A stretch of DNA of 64,000 nucleotides from positions 512,001 to 576,000 of the forward strand of contig CAVPOM010000004.1 of NCBI GenBank assembly GCA_963707025.1. Direction: 5' to 3'. Origin of the DNA: an uncultured Verrucomicrobiae bacterium. Lineage in GTDB: Bacteria > Verrucomicrobiota > Verrucomicrobiia > Limisphaerales > Palsa-1400. Below the pieces are notes generated by a model. It saw nothing but the letters and a program-made list of their open reading frames with translations. It did no database searches and was not told the origin of the DNA. Below, piece after piece: positions 48,811 through 60,845 of this stretch; the stretch's first letter is position 1, and every line of letters starts with the position of its first letter. A program made the translations under genes and the position numbers.

Positions 48811-49525
48811 CTATGCTGCAAGTGTGTTCCCAGGCGTGGAGAAGCTGGGCGACGATTTCGTCAACGCCGGGGCCGTGTTTGACTTGGGCGAAGACAAACG
48901 GGCCTTCACCGCGCATCTTGCGGGCGTCCCGCTCCATGACCGCCAGGTCGGCGCCGACCGCCACGGCCAGGTCGGTTTTGTTGATGACGAGAAGGTCGGA
49001 TTGGGTGATGCCAGGACCGCCTTTGCGCGGGATTTTGTCACCGCCGGCAACGTCAATAACATAGATGGTGTAGTCCGCCAGTTCGCGGCTGAAGTGGGCG
49101 GCCAGGTTGTCGCCGCCGGACTCGAGCAGGAGGATGTCGGGATGGAATTTTTGCTGGAGGTCTTCCAGGGCCAGGAGGTTTGCGGAAATATCTTCGCGAA
49201 TGGCGGCGTGCGGGCAACCGCCCGTCTCCACCGCTCGAATGCGCCCGGCCTCAAGAGCTTGGTGGCGGATGAGAAATTCGCCGTCCTCCTTGGTGAAAAT
49301 ATCGTTGGTCACGGCCGCCACGCTCGCGCGGTGGCGCAAGCGCTGGCAAAGCGCCAGCATCAACGCCGTTTTGCCGCTGCCCACCGGACCGCCCACGCCG
49401 ACGGTGAAAGCACGTTGCTGGAAGTCGCGGCAAAGCGGCCGGTCGCGGTCGTGGAAGTGTCCGGCGTGGTCGAGGTGTTCATGGGTGTGGCCGTTGGAAC
49501 CGTGTTGATGGGAAGGGAGGCTCAT
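48797..49525 (-). CDS. ureG: Urease accessory GTPase UreG with His-rich N-terminus
   Basis: [27 protein letters not shown]. Confidence 0.95.
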   Translation of the reverse strand: MSLPSHQHGSNGHTHEHLDHAGHFHDRDRPLCRDFQQRAFTVGVGGPVGSGKTALMLALCQRLRHRASVAAVTNDIFTKEDGEFLIRHQALEAGRIRAVETGGCPHAAIREDISANLLALEDLQQKFHPDILLLESGGDNLAAHFSRELADYTIYVIDVAGGDKIPRKGGPGITQSDLLVINKTDLAVAVGADLAVMERDARKMRGEGPFVFAQVKHGPGVDEIVAQLLHAWEHTCSIAHHH

Positions 49526-49537
49526 GGCATCGGAGGA

Positions 49538-50254
49538 TCAGCTTTGAAACAGGCGCGAGTAAAGACGGTCCTGCGTTCCCTGCCAAAGTTCCAACAAGGG
49601 AGCGGTCTGGGTGATGTCGGCCACGCCCAGGTTCTCACATTCCGCAAGAATGGACTGGGCTCGCGGAGCCAGCCGCTGTTGCAGGGCCTGCGCTTCCATC
49701 GGCCCGGCGATGCCAAGCCGGACCGCTCCCGCCACCAGGCCGCGCAGGTGTTGAAAGAAAAACAATCGTGTCGCGCCGGACCGTCTCACCCCCAACGCAC
49801 ACGTGACAGCACCAAAGGCCGGCGCAAAATGGCCCAATGGAAAGTACTGGGCTGCCCGGGCAACTTCGCTGGAACGAAAGATTCTCCCCGACGAGGCCAG
49901 AAATGAACGGCCCTGCAGGCGGCTGGCACGGTTGGCGACATGGTTCGTAAGAAAGCAATCGCACAGCCGGTCCAGTTCACCAGGATCATCCGGCTCGTCA
50001 TACGCGGCGGTGACAAATGGCAGGCTTCCGTTTCCAAGCTGCTCCAAACTGACTTCAACGAACGACGCCAGGTCGGAGGAGTTTTGCACTTCCCCGTGCT
50101 GCCACGCCGCCTCCAGGCCTCCGGAGTGCGCGAAGCTGCCGGTGGGAAATGCCGAATCAGCCAATTGCCAAAGCAGCCAGTCGGCGTCAGCCTCCGCGAC
50201 TGCCACCTCGTGGCGTGAAAACCGTTTGTCGTTTAATAGGGCCGGGATTTTCAA
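49538..50254 (-). CDS. ureF: Urease accessory protein UreF
   Basis: [35 protein letters not shown]; start uncertain. Confidence 0.92.
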   Translation of the reverse strand: MKIPALLNDKRFSRHEVAVAEADADWLLWQLADSAFPTGSFAHSGGLEAAWQHGEVQNSSDLASFVEVSLEQLGNGSLPFVTAAYDEPDDPGELDRLCDCFLTNHVANRASRLQGRSFLASSGRIFRSSEVARAAQYFPLGHFAPAFGAVTCALGVRRSGATRLFFFQHLRGLVAGAVRLGIAGPMEAQALQQRLAPRAQSILAECENLGVADITQTAPLLELWQGTQDRLYSRLFQS

Positions 50255-51966
50255 AAGAGTGAATAGCGCTGGGCCAGCGGCAGCACCTTCGCAGGAGCGC
50301 AGACGAGCGCCTCGCCATCGGCCGTCACTTCGTACGTTTCCGGGTCCACCGTGATGCGCGGCGTGGCGTCATTCCATTTCATGTCTTTTTTCCCAAGGCT
50401 CCGGCAGCCCTGCACCGCCTCGATGCGCTTGCTTAACCCATAGCCGGCGGCCACGCCTTTCTCCCGGCAAAGCCGGCTGACAAAAGCGATGGAAATGGGA
50501 CCGGGCGCGCGACCAAAAGCGCCGAACATCGGGCGCATATAAACCGGCTGGGGCGTTGGTATGGAGGCGTTGGGATCGCCCATCTGCGACCAAGCAATCA
50601 TGCCGCCTTTGACAACCATTTCCGGTTTGGCTCCAAAGAAAGACGGCTTCCATAACACCAAATCCGCCAGTTTGCCGGTTTCCACCGAACCGATGCAATG
50701 GGCCATCCCGTGTGAAATGGCGGGGTTGATGGTGTATTTGGCGATGTAGCGCTTGATGCGTGAATTATCGTTGCCGCCCGTCTCGCCCGGAAGCCGGCCG
50801 CGCTGGTTTTTCATCTTGTCCGCTGTCTGCCAGGTCCGGGTGATGACTTCGCCGATGCGGCCCATGGCCTGGGAATCCGAACTCATCATGCTGATCGCGC
50901 CAAGATCGTGCAGGATGTCCTCCGCGGCAATGGTTTCTCCGCGAATCCGGCTTTCGGCAAACGCCACGTCCTCTGGCAAATTGGCGTCGAGATGATGGCA
51001 AACCATGAGCATGTCCAGGTGCTCATCAATGGTATTGACAGTGTACGGGCGGGTGGGGTTGGTGGAACTGGGGAGGACATTTGGCTCGCCGCAAACGCGG
51101 ATGATGTCGGGAGCGTGCCCGCCGCCGGCCCCTTCGGAGTGATAAGTGTGAATGGTGCGGCCCTTGATGGCGGCGAGGGTGGCTTCGACAAAGCCGGATT
51201 CGTTCAAGGTATCCGTATGAATAGTGACTTGAACATCATATTCGTCGGCGATGCGGAGGCAGCAATCAATCGCGGCGGGGGTCGTGCCCCAGTCTTCGTG
51301 CAACTTCAAGCCCATGGCGCCGCCGAGAATTTGCTCCGGCAGGCCGGCAGGCAGGGCGGAATTGCCCTTGCCGGTGAAACCGAAATTGAGCGGCAGGCTG
51401 TCGGTCGCCTGGAGCATCATGCGCAAGTGCGGCGCGCCCGGAGTGCAAGTGGTGGCGCAAGTCCCGGTGGCCGGGCCGGTGCCGCCGCCCACCATCGTGG
51501 TCAAGCCGGCGGAGATGGCTTCGTGGGCCAGTTGCGGACAAATAAAATGAATGTGCGAATCAATGCCGCCCGCTGTCACGATCAGGCCCTCGGCGGCGAT
51601 AACTTCGGTGGTCACGCCCACAATCATTCCGGCGGTGACGCCCGCCATCACATCCGGATTGCCGGCCTTGCCGATGCCCGCAATGAGTCCGCCCTTGATT
51701 CCGAGGTCGGCCTTGTAAATGCCAGTGTAATCCACCACCAGGGCGTTGGTGATGACGCAGTCCAGCGCTTCCTTCTCGCTCACGCCCGCCGCCTGGCCCT
51801 GGCCTTCGCGAATGGTTTTGCCGCCGCCGAATTTGCATTCGTCGCCATAGACAGTGTGATCGCGTTCGACTTCCAGGACCAGCGACGTGTCACCAAGCCG
51901 GACGCGGTCGCCGGTGGTCGGGCCGAACATCTCGGCGTAATGCCGGCGTTTCATTTTGTGGGGCAT
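50251..51966 (-). CDS. ureC: Urease subunit alpha
   Basis: [44 protein letters not shown]. Confidence 0.98.
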   Translation of the reverse strand: MPHKMKRRHYAEMFGPTTGDRVRLGDTSLVLEVERDHTVYGDECKFGGGKTIREGQGQAAGVSEKEALDCVITNALVVDYTGIYKADLGIKGGLIAGIGKAGNPDVMAGVTAGMIVGVTTEVIAAEGLIVTAGGIDSHIHFICPQLAHEAISAGLTTMVGGGTGPATGTCATTCTPGAPHLRMMLQATDSLPLNFGFTGKGNSALPAGLPEQILGGAMGLKLHEDWGTTPAAIDCCLRIADEYDVQVTIHTDTLNESGFVEATLAAIKGRTIHTYHSEGAGGGHAPDIIRVCGEPNVLPSSTNPTRPYTVNTIDEHLDMLMVCHHLDANLPEDVAFAESRIRGETIAAEDILHDLGAISMMSSDSQAMGRIGEVITRTWQTADKMKNQRGRLPGETGGNDNSRIKRYIAKYTINPAISHGMAHCIGSVETGKLADLVLWKPSFFGAKPEMVVKGGMIAWSQMGDPNASIPTPQPVYMRPMFGAFGRAPGPISIAFVSRLCREKGVAAGYGLSKRIEAVQGCRSLGKKDMKWNDATPRITVDPETYEVTADGEALVCAPAKVLPLAQRYSLF

Positions 51967-51971
51967 GGCGG

Positions 51972-52736
51972 CTAGGAGAGTTTGTGGGCGAACCCTTCTT
52001 TGGCAACCCGTCGCATGGCGGATTCCCGGCCCGCTTGGGAAACGGGGCCGCCGGCCAAATTGTTTCCTCCGCGAATGACCTTTTTCCCGGCGATGTCCAC
52101 CAGGCGGACCGACTTGGTTTCGCCCGGCTCAAAACGCACCGCGGCACCCGCTGGAATGTCGAGGCGCTTTCCATAGGCTTTGGCGCGGTCGAAGCTTAAC
52201 GACGCATTGGTCTCGATGAAGTGGTAGTGACTGCCGACTTGCACGGGGCGGTCGCCCAGATTGGTGACAGCGAGGGTGAAGGCGTCGCGGCCCGCATTCA
52301 GCTCCAACTCTCCTTCCTGTGGCGTGCAAGCGCCAGGTGCAAAATCTTCTTCGCCGGCAGCGGTTTTGAAAGTGGCCAATTCCGGGACGGGCAGAAAACT
52401 GCCGTGCAAGGCCAGCGCGAGGTTGCCGTCTTGCGCAGCAATCGGATGATGGACCGTGACCAGCTTGGTGCCATCGGGAAAAGTCCCTTCGACCTGCACC
52501 TCGGCGATCATGGCGGGAACGCCGGCCATCACCTGATTGCGGCCCAGCAACTGGCGTCCCAAATCCATCAAGTCGGCGACGGTTTTCCCCTCACGGATAA
52601 ACTCAAGCAGTTGGGTGGCGATCAGGGCCACCGCTTCAGGATGGTTGAGGCGCAAGCCGCGCGCCAGGCGCTTCTGCGCCAGACAGCCGGCCTGGTGCAG
52701 AAGCAACTTGTCAATTTCGTGGGGACTAAGATGCAT
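51972..52736 (-). CDS. ureAB: Fused urease gamma/beta subunit
   Basis: [11 protein letters not shown]...[12 protein letters not shown] (gamma) fused to [13 protein letters not shown]...RFEPGE (beta). Confidence 0.95.
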   Translation of the reverse strand: MHLSPHEIDKLLLHQAGCLAQKRLARGLRLNHPEAVALIATQLLEFIREGKTVADLMDLGRQLLGRNQVMAGVPAMIAEVQVEGTFPDGTKLVTVHHPIAAQDGNLALALHGSFLPVPELATFKTAAGEEDFAPGACTPQEGELELNAGRDAFTLAVTNLGDRPVQVGSHYHFIETNASLSFDRAKAYGKRLDIPAGAAVRFEPGETKSVRLVDIAGKKVIRGGNNLAGGPVSQAGRESAMRRVAKEGFAHKLS

Positions 52737-52763
52737 GTTTGAATCTCATTTTGGCCGGCGAAC

Positions 52764-53594
52764 CTACCATTTTCGCGACCAGGGGTCATCGTGCAACAGT
52801 TCCGGCACAAAGGCAAGACATCGCTGAATTTCCCGGCTCACATCCTCCACCCGTTCTCCGGCCACGCGCAGCAGCGCGCCCTGGCGCAACGGGCTGGCGC
52901 TGACAAGGAGCGGCGCTCTGGGCACCACCGGTTGCGCCGCGGCATCGGCGAGTATTTGCGCGGCGTGGGGGGCAAGGCAATCTCCCATCACGACGACCAG
53001 GGCCAGGCAGTTGAAGCGGCCCATGCGGTGGGCGCCCTGCAACGGGCCTTGGGCCGCATCCAGCAGAAGCGAGTCCAGGAGAATGCGCTCGCCACCGAGG
53101 AATATTTCGTTGCGGCTTTGCAAACAGGTGAAAGCCCATCGTTCGCCGCGCGCCGCGCGCCCGGAACAAAACCAATCCAGCAGCACCAGTCCGGCGGAAG
53201 GTTGCAGGTGAAATTCCTGCCGCTGGTTGTAGGTGGAATCCGCAAATGCCTGGACCGGCTCCGGGGCCAGCACCAGGAGCGATCCTTCCTCCAAAGTGGC
53301 GCAGAGGCGGTGGCTGCACGGGCGAAGGCGGGGGTTGCGATAAACCTTGGTCAAGGCCTGGGTCGTGACGAAACACCGCGACTGAGGGCCAAGACGCAGG
53401 TCGAGGCTGGTCTCGTCGCCGGCCACCAAACCGCCGCCGAAGCTGGCCAGCCAGGCCCAGACACTCGGCCCGCGGGAACGGGGCAGCAGGAGCTTCAACG
53501 GATTGGACGCGCAGGCGGATGTGACGGTGCTTTGCCCGGAGACGACCTTGACCTCCAGGCGCGCATGGGCGGGTTTGACAACATGGCCCGTCAT
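52764..53594 (-). CDS. ureD: Urease accessory protein UreD
   Basis: PLKLLLP, GGGLVAGD, TTQALTKVY, GRAARGERWAF. Confidence 0.92.
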   Translation of the reverse strand: MTGHVVKPAHARLEVKVVSGQSTVTSACASNPLKLLLPRSRGPSVWAWLASFGGGLVAGDETSLDLRLGPQSRCFVTTQALTKVYRNPRLRPCSHRLCATLEEGSLLVLAPEPVQAFADSTYNQRQEFHLQPSAGLVLLDWFCSGRAARGERWAFTCLQSRNEIFLGGERILLDSLLLDAAQGPLQGAHRMGRFNCLALVVVMGDCLAPHAAQILADAAAQPVVPRAPLLVSASPLRQGALLRVAGERVEDVSREIQRCLAFVPELLHDDPWSRKW

Positions 53595-54286
53595 ACCGTC
53601 AAATGTTTTCTGACGATCTCATCGTTCAGGTGGGCAATGGGGCCTTCGGCCACGACGGCTCCGCGATCCATAATATAAAAACTGTCGCCTGTACTGAGGC
53701 AAAAATCCAGATATTGTTCGACCAGGAGAATGCTGATTTTGCCTTCCTTCTTTATTTTGAGGAGCGTTTCGCCGATTTGGTCAATGATGTTGGGCTGAAT
53801 GCCCTCGGTCGGCTCGTCCAGAAGCAGCAGCTTGGGGGCGGTCAGCAGGGCGCGGGCGATGGCCAATTGTTGCTGCTGGCCGCCACTGAGGACGCCGCCC
53901 TTGCGCTGCAACATTTCTTTAAGCACGGGAAACAATTCCAGCACGCGATCCACCTGGCCGTTGGCCTTGGTTGCATGAATGACCAGGCTGATCTTCAGAT
54001 TCTCCCACACGGTGAGATTGGGAAAGATGTCGCGGCCCTGGGGAACATAGGCCAGGCCCAGGCGCGCGCGCTCCTCGGGATTCAATGCAGTGAGATCCAG
54101 GCCGTCGAATTTAACCGCACCGGTGTCCGTCTTCATCAGGCCGACGATGGATTTGAGGGTGGTCGTTTTACCGACGCCGTTGCGGCCCATCAGACACACC
54201 AGGCTGTGATTCGGCACCTGCAAATTCACGCCGCGCAGAATGCGGGAGCCTTGGATGGAAGCCGAAATGTCGGAAACTTCGAGCAT
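53591..54286 (-). CDS. urtE: Urea ABC transporter ATPase UrtE
   Basis: GRNGVGKT, LSGGQQQQL, LDEPTEGIQP; operon context. Confidence 0.92.
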   Translation of the reverse strand: MLEVSDISASIQGSRILRGVNLQVPNHSLVCLMGRNGVGKTTTLKSIVGLMKTDTGAVKFDGLDLTALNPEERARLGLAYVPQGRDIFPNLTVWENLKISLVIHATKANGQVDRVLELFPVLKEMLQRKGGVLSGGQQQQLAIARALLTAPKLLLLDEPTEGIQPNIIDQIGETLLKIKKEGKISILLVEQYLDFCLSTGDSFYIMDRGAVVAEGPIAHLNDEIVRKHLTV

Positions 54287-55056
54287 CAGTGTGGCGCTTT
54301 CTTTTTGCGGCCGAGATAGACCTCGATGACGCGCTCGTCATTTTGGACGCCATCCACCGAGCCTTCGCACAGGACGGAACCTTGATGGAGCACGGTGACT
54401 TTGCGGGCAATCTGGCGGACGAAGGTCATGTCGTGTTCAATGACCAGGATGCTGTGTTTGCCTTCCAGCCGGAGCAGCAGTTCGCCGGTCTTACGGGTTT
54501 CCTCATCGGACATTCCGGCGGCAGGCTCGTCCACCAGAAGCAATTTGGGGTCTTGGGCGATCAACATGCCGATCTCCAGCCATTGCTTCTGGCCGTGGCT
54601 CAGCGCCCCGGCCTTCCCATCAGCCCGCTGCGTCAGGCCCACCGTGTTGAGCACTTCCTCAATCCGGCTGCGCTGGTCCGCCGTGGTGCGATGGAACAGG
54701 GCGGAAAAGACCGCGCGCGAACCTTTCAAGGAAAGCAGCAGATTCTCAAACACCGTATGGTCCGTGTAAACGGAGGGAGTTTGAAATTTCCGGCCGATGC
54801 CCAAGCGGTTGATTTGATATTCATTCAGGCGCGTCAGGTCGGTGTCCCTGCCATACTCGATTTTGCCGCTGTCCGGCCGGGTGCGTCCGGTGATGAGATC
54901 GAGCATGGTGCTTTTGCCGGCGCCATTGGGGCCGATGATGACGCGCAGTTCGCCCTGATCCATGTAGAAATTCAACTCGGAAATGGCTTTGAAACCGTCG
55001 AAGGTTTTGTTGACGCCTTCGAGCATCAGAATAAATTCTTTGCGTGTGACGCTCAT
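54286..55056 (-). CDS. urtD: Urea ABC transporter ATPase UrtD
   Basis: Start MSVTRKEF overlaps urtC stop; [30 protein letters not shown]. Confidence 0.92.
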   Translation of the reverse strand: MSVTRKEFILMLEGVNKTFDGFKAISELNFYMDQGELRVIIGPNGAGKSTMLDLITGRTRPDSGKIEYGRDTDLTRLNEYQINRLGIGRKFQTPSVYTDHTVFENLLLSLKGSRAVFSALFHRTTADQRSRIEEVLNTVGLTQRADGKAGALSHGQKQWLEIGMLIAQDPKLLLVDEPAAGMSDEETRKTGELLLRLEGKHSILVIEHDMTFVRQIARKVTVLHQGSVLCEGSVDGVQNDERVIEVYLGRKKKAPH

Positions 55057-56153
55057 GGCGTCCTCCCGTGCCGGCGGTTCAGGAAGGCCCGCAACTGGTC
55101 GGGCACGCCCACGATGCCTTTGGGCATGAAAACGGTTATGAGAATGAAAAGGCCGCCCAGGATAATCAGCCAAAGATCGGGATAAGCCCGGGTGGCCCAG
55201 CTTTTCAGGGCATTGATGGTGATGGCCCCCAGAACCGGCCCGATCAAGGTGCCGCGCCCGCCCACCGCCACCCAGACCACCGCCTCCAGCGATTTGTCCG
55301 GCGCCATCTCGCTGGGGTTGATAATGCCCACCTGCGGCACATACAGCACCCCCCCGAGGGCCGCGATCAAGGCGCAGAGCACAAAGACAAAGAGCTTGTA
55401 ATTGCCGGCCGCGTAGCCGCTGAACAGCACCCGGTTTTCGCTGTCGCGAATGGCCTGCTGAACCAGTCCAAATTTGGTCTGGCTCAGCCAGCGGCAGCCC
55501 AGATAAACCAACACCAGCACCAGCGCCGTGACCATATAGAGTCCCCGCTGGGTGGCTGGCACGCGCAGGTCGTGGCCAAGGATGAATTTGAAATCGGTAA
55601 ACCCGTTGTTCCCGCCCAGCAGCAGGCTGTTGCGAAAGAACAGCAAACAAGCGGCGTAAGTCAGCGCCTGGGTAAGGATGGAAAAATAGACTCCCCGGAT
55701 GCGCGAACGAAAGGCCAGGAAGCCGAAAACCAGCGCCAGAGTGCCCGGCAGCACAAACGCCATCATCAGGGCAAATGGAAAACTGGCGAAAGGCCGCCAG
55801 AAGGCGGGCAAACTGCTCCACCCCAGAAAAACCAGGAAATCCGGGATGGGCTTGTGATACTGGCCCAGGTCCCCGATCATGCGCATCAGGTACATCCCCA
55901 TCATGTACCCGCCCAAAGTGAAGAAGAGCGCCTGGCCAAGGCTGAGCAGCCCGGTGTAACCCCAGAGCATGTCCACGCTAATGGCCAAAATAGCGTAGCA
56001 AAGATATTTGCCGTAGAGGTTGATGCTGAAGTTGCTGACATGCAGGAAGCTGCCGGCGGGTGTGAACGCATTCAATGACGGCAAAACCACCAGCATAACG
56101 ATCACCGCGGCCATCACCCCCCAGCGTTCCGTTTTTGTCCCGGCGGGTCGCAT
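55053..56153 (-). CDS. urtC: Urea ABC transporter permease UrtC
   Basis: [37 protein letters not shown]. Confidence 0.92.
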   Translation of the reverse strand: MRPAGTKTERWGVMAAVIVMLVVLPSLNAFTPAGSFLHVSNFSINLYGKYLCYAILAISVDMLWGYTGLLSLGQALFFTLGGYMMGMYLMRMIGDLGQYHKPIPDFLVFLGWSSLPAFWRPFASFPFALMMAFVLPGTLALVFGFLAFRSRIRGVYFSILTQALTYAACLLFFRNSLLLGGNNGFTDFKFILGHDLRVPATQRGLYMVTALVLVLVYLGCRWLSQTKFGLVQQAIRDSENRVLFSGYAAGNYKLFVFVLCALIAALGGVLYVPQVGIINPSEMAPDKSLEAVVWVAVGGRGTLIGPVLGAITINALKSWATRAYPDLWLIILGGLFILITVFMPKGIVGVPDQLRAFLNRRHGRTP

Positions 56154-56158
56154 ATCAT

Positions 56159-57917
56159 TTAATCCAGGCTGCGGCTGCGGCTGGCAAACAAACCGCCGGG
56201 CTTCCATTGCAAAAAGACGATGATGGCCACCAGGACGACAATCTTTCCCGTGACGGGCGAACCGGTGGTTTGCTGGAGGACTTGGTCGGCGGTGCCGATG
56301 CCAAAGGCCGAGCAGACGGTGCCGACGATGCTGCCCACGCCGCCCAAAACCACCGTCATGAAACTGTCCACGATGTAGGATTGCCCGAGGCTGGGGCCGA
56401 CATTGCCGATTTGCGAGAGAAAGGCCCCGGCCAAACCCGCCAGGCCGGAACCAAAGGCGAAGGTCACCATGTTGATCCGCCGGGTGCGCACGCCCAGGCA
56501 GGCCGCCATGTCGCGATTTTGCATGACGGCGCGGATGAGCAGCCCCAGCGGAGTCTTTGTCAACAATAGCCAGGTTCCCAGAACGATGACCGTGGCAAAC
56601 CCAACGACAAAGACGCGATTGTAACCGAAAATAACGTCGTGGATGGAGAAATGCCCCTGCAGCCATGAAGGCGAATTGACCTGCACGTTGTTGGCCCCGA
56701 AAACCATGCGAAAACACTGTTGCATGACCAGCGAAACGCCCCAGGTGGCGAGGAGCGATTCCAAGGGCCTGCGATAAAGAAACCGGATGACGGTGCGCTC
56801 AATCAGCAACCCGGCCAGCGCCGCCATGATAAAGCTCAAGGGCAGCGCGACAAGGAAATAGCCTTCATAGACCCAGCCTGTGGCGTTGAGCCCGGGGAGG
56901 TGCAGCCCGAAGCTCAGCGCCTTGCCGCCGAAGCTGAAGGGCAAAACGATGTGAAACCCGAAACCGGTTCCGAAAAGGTTTTGCACCACGTAACACGTAT
57001 AGGCCCCCACCGCGATCATTTCACCGTGCGCCATGTTGATGATTCCCATCAATCCAAACGTGATGGAAAGCCCCAGCGCCACCACCAGCAAAACCGAGCC
57101 GAGGCTCACGCCGTGAAAAATCGTGCCGAAGAAATTGACGCGCCCAATATGCACGTAAATGCTGCGGATCGCCCGGTTGGCCGACTTGGCCACTTCCGGC
57201 GGACAATCCGCCCTGGCAGCCAGGCGCTTGAGATTGTCGAGTGATCCCATGTCATTGAGCCGTTCCAATTGCTCCACGGCCGCCAGTTGCACCCTGGCAT
57301 CAGGGTCGGCCAGTTGCAGCAAGGCGACCGCTTCATCCATGGCTTTTCTGACCCCGGCGTCGCTTTCCTTGGCGCGACGGGCTTGCAAGACGGGGATGTA
57401 TTGCGGCTTCTGTGAATTGCCCAGCTTCGACACCGCCGATTGCCGCGCTTCGGGGTTGGGGTCCGCCAGCGCCAGCGAATCGAGCGCCTGCTGGATGCTC
57501 CTGCGCAAGCGCATGTCCACGTCCGCCGTGTTCAAATCGCTGGAGCCGAAGCGAAGTTCCACCCCTTTGCCATCCTTGAGAAATTGGCCGTCCAGGATGC
57601 TGATGGCGCGCGCTTTGCTGTTGGCATCCAGCGCGTCTTCCAGCAGCACCGGCGTTTTGGCGCCGTCCGGGGCGAGGTAGATATAAACGCCGTCACGCAG
57701 ACCAGGCGCTCAGGACATCGCGGACAATTTTGGAGGCGGAGTCGGCCAGCTCGCCGAGGAGTTTCTGCTGTTCCGGCCCTTCGCTCAAGACCGCCTGGGC
57801 CAATTGTTTGCGCACGCCGGCATCGTCCGCCGCGCCGGAAGCGGCGGTCATCGCGCCCGCAAGGAAAAGCAAACTCAACCATGACCGCGCTGGCGCTTTC
57901 AGTAGAATCTTCATCAA
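56159..57917 (-). CDS. urtB: Urea ABC transporter permease UrtB with N-terminal periplasmic HEAT-like domain; frameshift at ~57700
   Basis: Signal-peptide ORF 57693..57917 joins 56159..57649 if one base is removed (SAW.RDGVYIY); [18 protein letters not shown]. Confidence 0.88.
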
Positions 57918-57932
57918 TCTTCACTAATAAAC

Positions 57933-57959
57933 AGGGGCGGAGCCACCGGCTCCGCCCCT
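57933..57959 (-). terminator. Intercistronic hairpin after urtA
   Basis: 12-bp perfect stem AGGGGCGGAGCC/GGCTCCGCCCCT followed by GTTTATT on the minus strand. Confidence 0.65.
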
Positions 57960-58000
57960 TGAACTCGGAGCAAGCAATAGACCGCAAGGCCGGAGCCTTG

Positions 58001-59314
58001 TTATTTAGACATGGCCGCGAGCTTTTGGTCAAGACCCTGCAGGAGGAACGGTTCGCCGGCAACTTGATCGAAGGTCTTGAGTATCTTGAACTGGCCGTTG
58101 GCCCGGGTATCGCCAATATAGACATTTTTGACCGTGTGATGATTTTTCTCCATGGTGGTTTTCCCGCCCGGCCCATTGAAGCTGATGGTGCCGGATTCGA
58201 GCGTTGTCCGGACCTTGTCCACGTCGAAGGTGCCGGCCTTTTCCACCGCCGCCTTCCACAGATAGGCTCCGTCGTAAGAGAGCACCATCGGGCTGTCCAT
58301 GGCGCGTTTCTCCTTGACCACGCCCGGATGGTCTTCGGTCTTGAGCCAGTTGTCCCAACGAGCCAGGAAAGCCTTGTTTTCCGGTGTGTTGATGGACATG
58401 AAATAAGTCCAGCAACCCAGTTCGCCCACCAGGTCCTTGGTGGGCAGGGCGCGCAACTCGTCCTCCGCCAGGCTGAATGAAACGACCGGGCAATCCGCCG
58501 GGGTCAGACCCGCCGCCGCGACTTCCTTGAAGAACGGCACATTGGAGTCGCCGTTGATGGTATTGATCACGCAAGCATCGCCGCTGGCGGCGAACTGTTT
58601 GATCTCTGCCACAATCTGCTGATAGTCGGTGTGGCTGAAGGGTGTGTATTTGCCGGCGGAAATCACCTTGCCCGAGTCATCCTTGCGCAGGCCCCCGCCG
58701 ATGTCCTCGATCTTGATCCCATGCAGCAGGAGGTATTTGTAGAGGATCAGATCGGTGGTCTGGGGGTAAACGTAGTCGGTGCCGATCAAATAGAATTTCT
58801 TCTTGCCCTGCGCCAGCATGTAATCCACCGCAGGAATGGCCTGCTGGTTGACCGCTTCGGCGGTGTAGAATATGTTTTTGGACAACTCCTCGCCTTCATA
58901 CTGCACCGGATAGAAAAGCATGCCGTTGTCCTTCTCGAAGACCGGCAGGACGGACTTGCGGCTGACCGAGGTCCAGCAGCCGAAAACCACCGCAACTTTG
59001 TCCTCCTCCAAAAGCTGCTTGGCTTTCTCGGCGAACAACGGCCAGTTGGAGGCGCCATCCACGATGACCGCTTCAATCGTGTAGGTTTTGCCGCCCACTT
59101 TGATGCCGCCGGCCTTGTTGATTTCATCGAAGGCGAAGAGCAGGACATCGCGCAAGGAGGTCTCGCTTATGGCCATGGTGCCGCTGAGGGAATGGAGGAT
59201 GCCGACTTTAACCGTGTCCGCCGCGGCGGTGTGGATGGCGAGAATTGCGGCGGCGCAACCTCCCAGCCATTTGAACAGGCAGGATTTCACAGGAGTTATC
59301 AGTTGCAGTTTCAT
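58001..59314 (-). CDS. urtA: Urea ABC transporter substrate-binding protein UrtA
   Basis: [33 protein letters not shown]. Confidence 0.93.
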   Translation of the reverse strand: MKLQLITPVKSCLFKWLGGCAAAILAIHTAAADTVKVGILHSLSGTMAISETSLRDVLLFAFDEINKAGGIKVGGKTYTIEAVIVDGASNWPLFAEKAKQLLEEDKVAVVFGCWTSVSRKSVLPVFEKDNGMLFYPVQYEGEELSKNIFYTAEAVNQQAIPAVDYMLAQGKKKFYLIGTDYVYPQTTDLILYKYLLLHGIKIEDIGGGLRKDDSGKVISAGKYTPFSHTDYQQIVAEIKQFAASGDACVINTINGDSNVPFFKEVAAAGLTPADCPVVSFSLAEDELRALPTKDLVGELGCWTYFMSINTPENKAFLARWDNWLKTEDHPGVVKEKRAMDSPMVLSYDGAYLWKAAVEKAGTFDVDKVRTTLESGTISFNGPGGKTTMEKNHHTVKNVYIGDTRANGQFKILKTFDQVAGEPFLLQGLDQKLAAMSK

Positions 59315-59361
59315 AAGATTAATTTTGTTTTTTGGTTATGGGGTTGATGGTGCCAGGTTTC

Positions 59362-60663
59362 TCAGAACGTGTAGGATGCGCCCATGCCGATGATGAACTG
59401 GTCGCTCTTGCCGTTCAGAGCGGTGGAAACAGTGGAGTGGTTCCAGCGGATTTCAGGTTGAATCTTGATATTGTCCGCGGGTTTCCAGTTCAGGGTCAAG
59501 GTGACGCTGGACAAATCCTGGCCGTGGGCGAAGCCGACACCAGGAAAACCCGTTCCGCTGGGGTCGGGGGATTGGTAAAGGGTGGCGAAACCAGTGGGGT
59601 CATAGAGGAAATCGGCCCGCAAGGCCCAGGTGGTTTTGGCCACCAAATCACCCGTCAACCAGCCGCCAATGGACCAAAAATCACTGTCTTTGAGCGGCGT
59701 GCCGCGAAAGGAATATCTCCAATAATCCAATTCCGTGGCAAAGCTGAGGTTGTCCACCTCAGTCAGTTTGCGAGTGCCAATAAAGGAAACGCCATCGTCC
59801 CGCCAGGCTGGAGAGAAGTCCTGACGTCCAGAAAAGCCCAGGAAGGCCAGGGAGGTTTTGGCATCCGGCTTGATGTAGACTCCGCCCATGAAGGTTTTGG
59901 ATCCCGTGTCAATCGGGCCGGTGAACAGGCCGTTTTGCAGGCGCAGCTTGAAGCCGATCCAGTCGGTGAAGTCATAGGCGACTTGCACGCCGGTGGAGGG
60001 CGGGTTGCCGGTGTAGTACCACTGGTAGCCTTGGGAAAAGTTATCGTTGGCAATCCCGCCATCGCCGGATTCATAGTTGAGCAAGGAAATCAATTCGCCA
60101 GCCTTGACGTCCAGGCCGGTGCCGATCGGGACGTTCAATTCGACATAGGCCTCGCGGATAGCGCTGAAGCCGGCCACGCCACTTTTTGGGTCCACGATGG
60201 GGGCGTCCTGACCGAAGATCAGCGAGGTGCGGTAGCCGGCGTCCCACTTGTCCTTCTCCACCGCCGGGCTGGCGAGAGTCAGTTTAAACTCGTTCAATGT
60301 AAAGGAGTTGAGTTTGGTGTTCCACAGGTAGCCGCTCGGCGCGTTGTCCTTGGAATTGGCCACGTCATAAAAATATGAGGCGCTGACAGCTCCGCTAATG
60401 ATGATGGAGGACAGGGCTTTGACTGGCTGGGTGGAGTTATCGCCACTGGGTTGAATTCCTTCCTTTTTCATAAGGTCCTCCAGGGCATCCAGGCGTTTTT
60501 TCAACGCCATGTTTTCCTGTTCCAGTTTATTGGTGTCCATTTGAGCCTGGAGGGAAAAACTGCCGGTGAACATGGTTGCAAGAACCACCCCGACGGCTCC
60601 CATTGTGGACAGGGTGGTTCGGTAGTTTTTGTTGCTGTATAACATTTGCTCGTGTCTGTTCAT
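59362..60663 (-). CDS. Outer-membrane beta-barrel porin (BBP2/DUF1597-like)
   Basis: Signal peptide, short coiled coil, IREAYVELNVP, amphipathic strands, terminal YTF; start uncertain. Confidence 0.8.
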   Translation of the reverse strand: MNRHEQMLYSNKNYRTTLSTMGAVGVVLATMFTGSFSLQAQMDTNKLEQENMALKKRLDALEDLMKKEGIQPSGDNSTQPVKALSSIIISGAVSASYFYDVANSKDNAPSGYLWNTKLNSFTLNEFKLTLASPAVEKDKWDAGYRTSLIFGQDAPIVDPKSGVAGFSAIREAYVELNVPIGTGLDVKAGELISLLNYESGDGGIANDNFSQGYQWYYTGNPPSTGVQVAYDFTDWIGFKLRLQNGLFTGPIDTGSKTFMGGVYIKPDAKTSLAFLGFSGRQDFSPAWRDDGVSFIGTRKLTEVDNLSFATELDYWRYSFRGTPLKDSDFWSIGGWLTGDLVAKTTWALRADFLYDPTGFATLYQSPDPSGTGFPGVGFAHGQDLSSVTLTLNWKPADNIKIQPEIRWNHSTVSTALNGKSDQFIIGMGASYTF

Positions 60664-60719
60664 GTTAATAATGTTAAATAAAAGGCAGGATCCAGAGCAC
60701 ATGGCCAAAACTGCGCGAC

Positions 60720-60736
60720 TTGGCTCACTGCCTGCT
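60720..60736 (+). promoter_or_regulatory. Candidate sigma-54 (-24/-12) promoter facing lysR
   Basis: TTGGCTCACTGCCTGCT (GG-N10-GC). Confidence 0.4.
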
Positions 60737-60780
60737 GCCACACCGATTGCGGCTTGGAAGATCGCCTTCAATTGGGGCAT

Positions 60781-60797
60781 AGCTTTGACAGTGCCAA
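60781..60797 (-). promoter_or_regulatory. Candidate sigma-54 promoter for porin-urt-ure operon
   Basis: Minus strand TTGGCACTGTCAAAGCT (TGGCAC, GG-N10-GC). Confidence 0.5.
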
Positions 60798-60823
60798 AAG
60801 GCGGGCCAAGCCTTGGAAGTTGT

Positions 60824-60838
60824 TTGAATAGTTTTCAA
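60824..60838. promoter_or_regulatory. Candidate LysR binding site
   Basis: TTGAA-N5-TTCAA dyad containing T-N11-A just upstream of lysR. Confidence 0.5.
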
Positions 60839-60845
60839 CAAAAAC

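Noticed and set aside
54286..56717. Long N-terminal extensions of urtD (to 55821) and urtC (to 56717)
   Set aside because: They overlap the upstream permeases in another frame; better starts at 55056 and 56153
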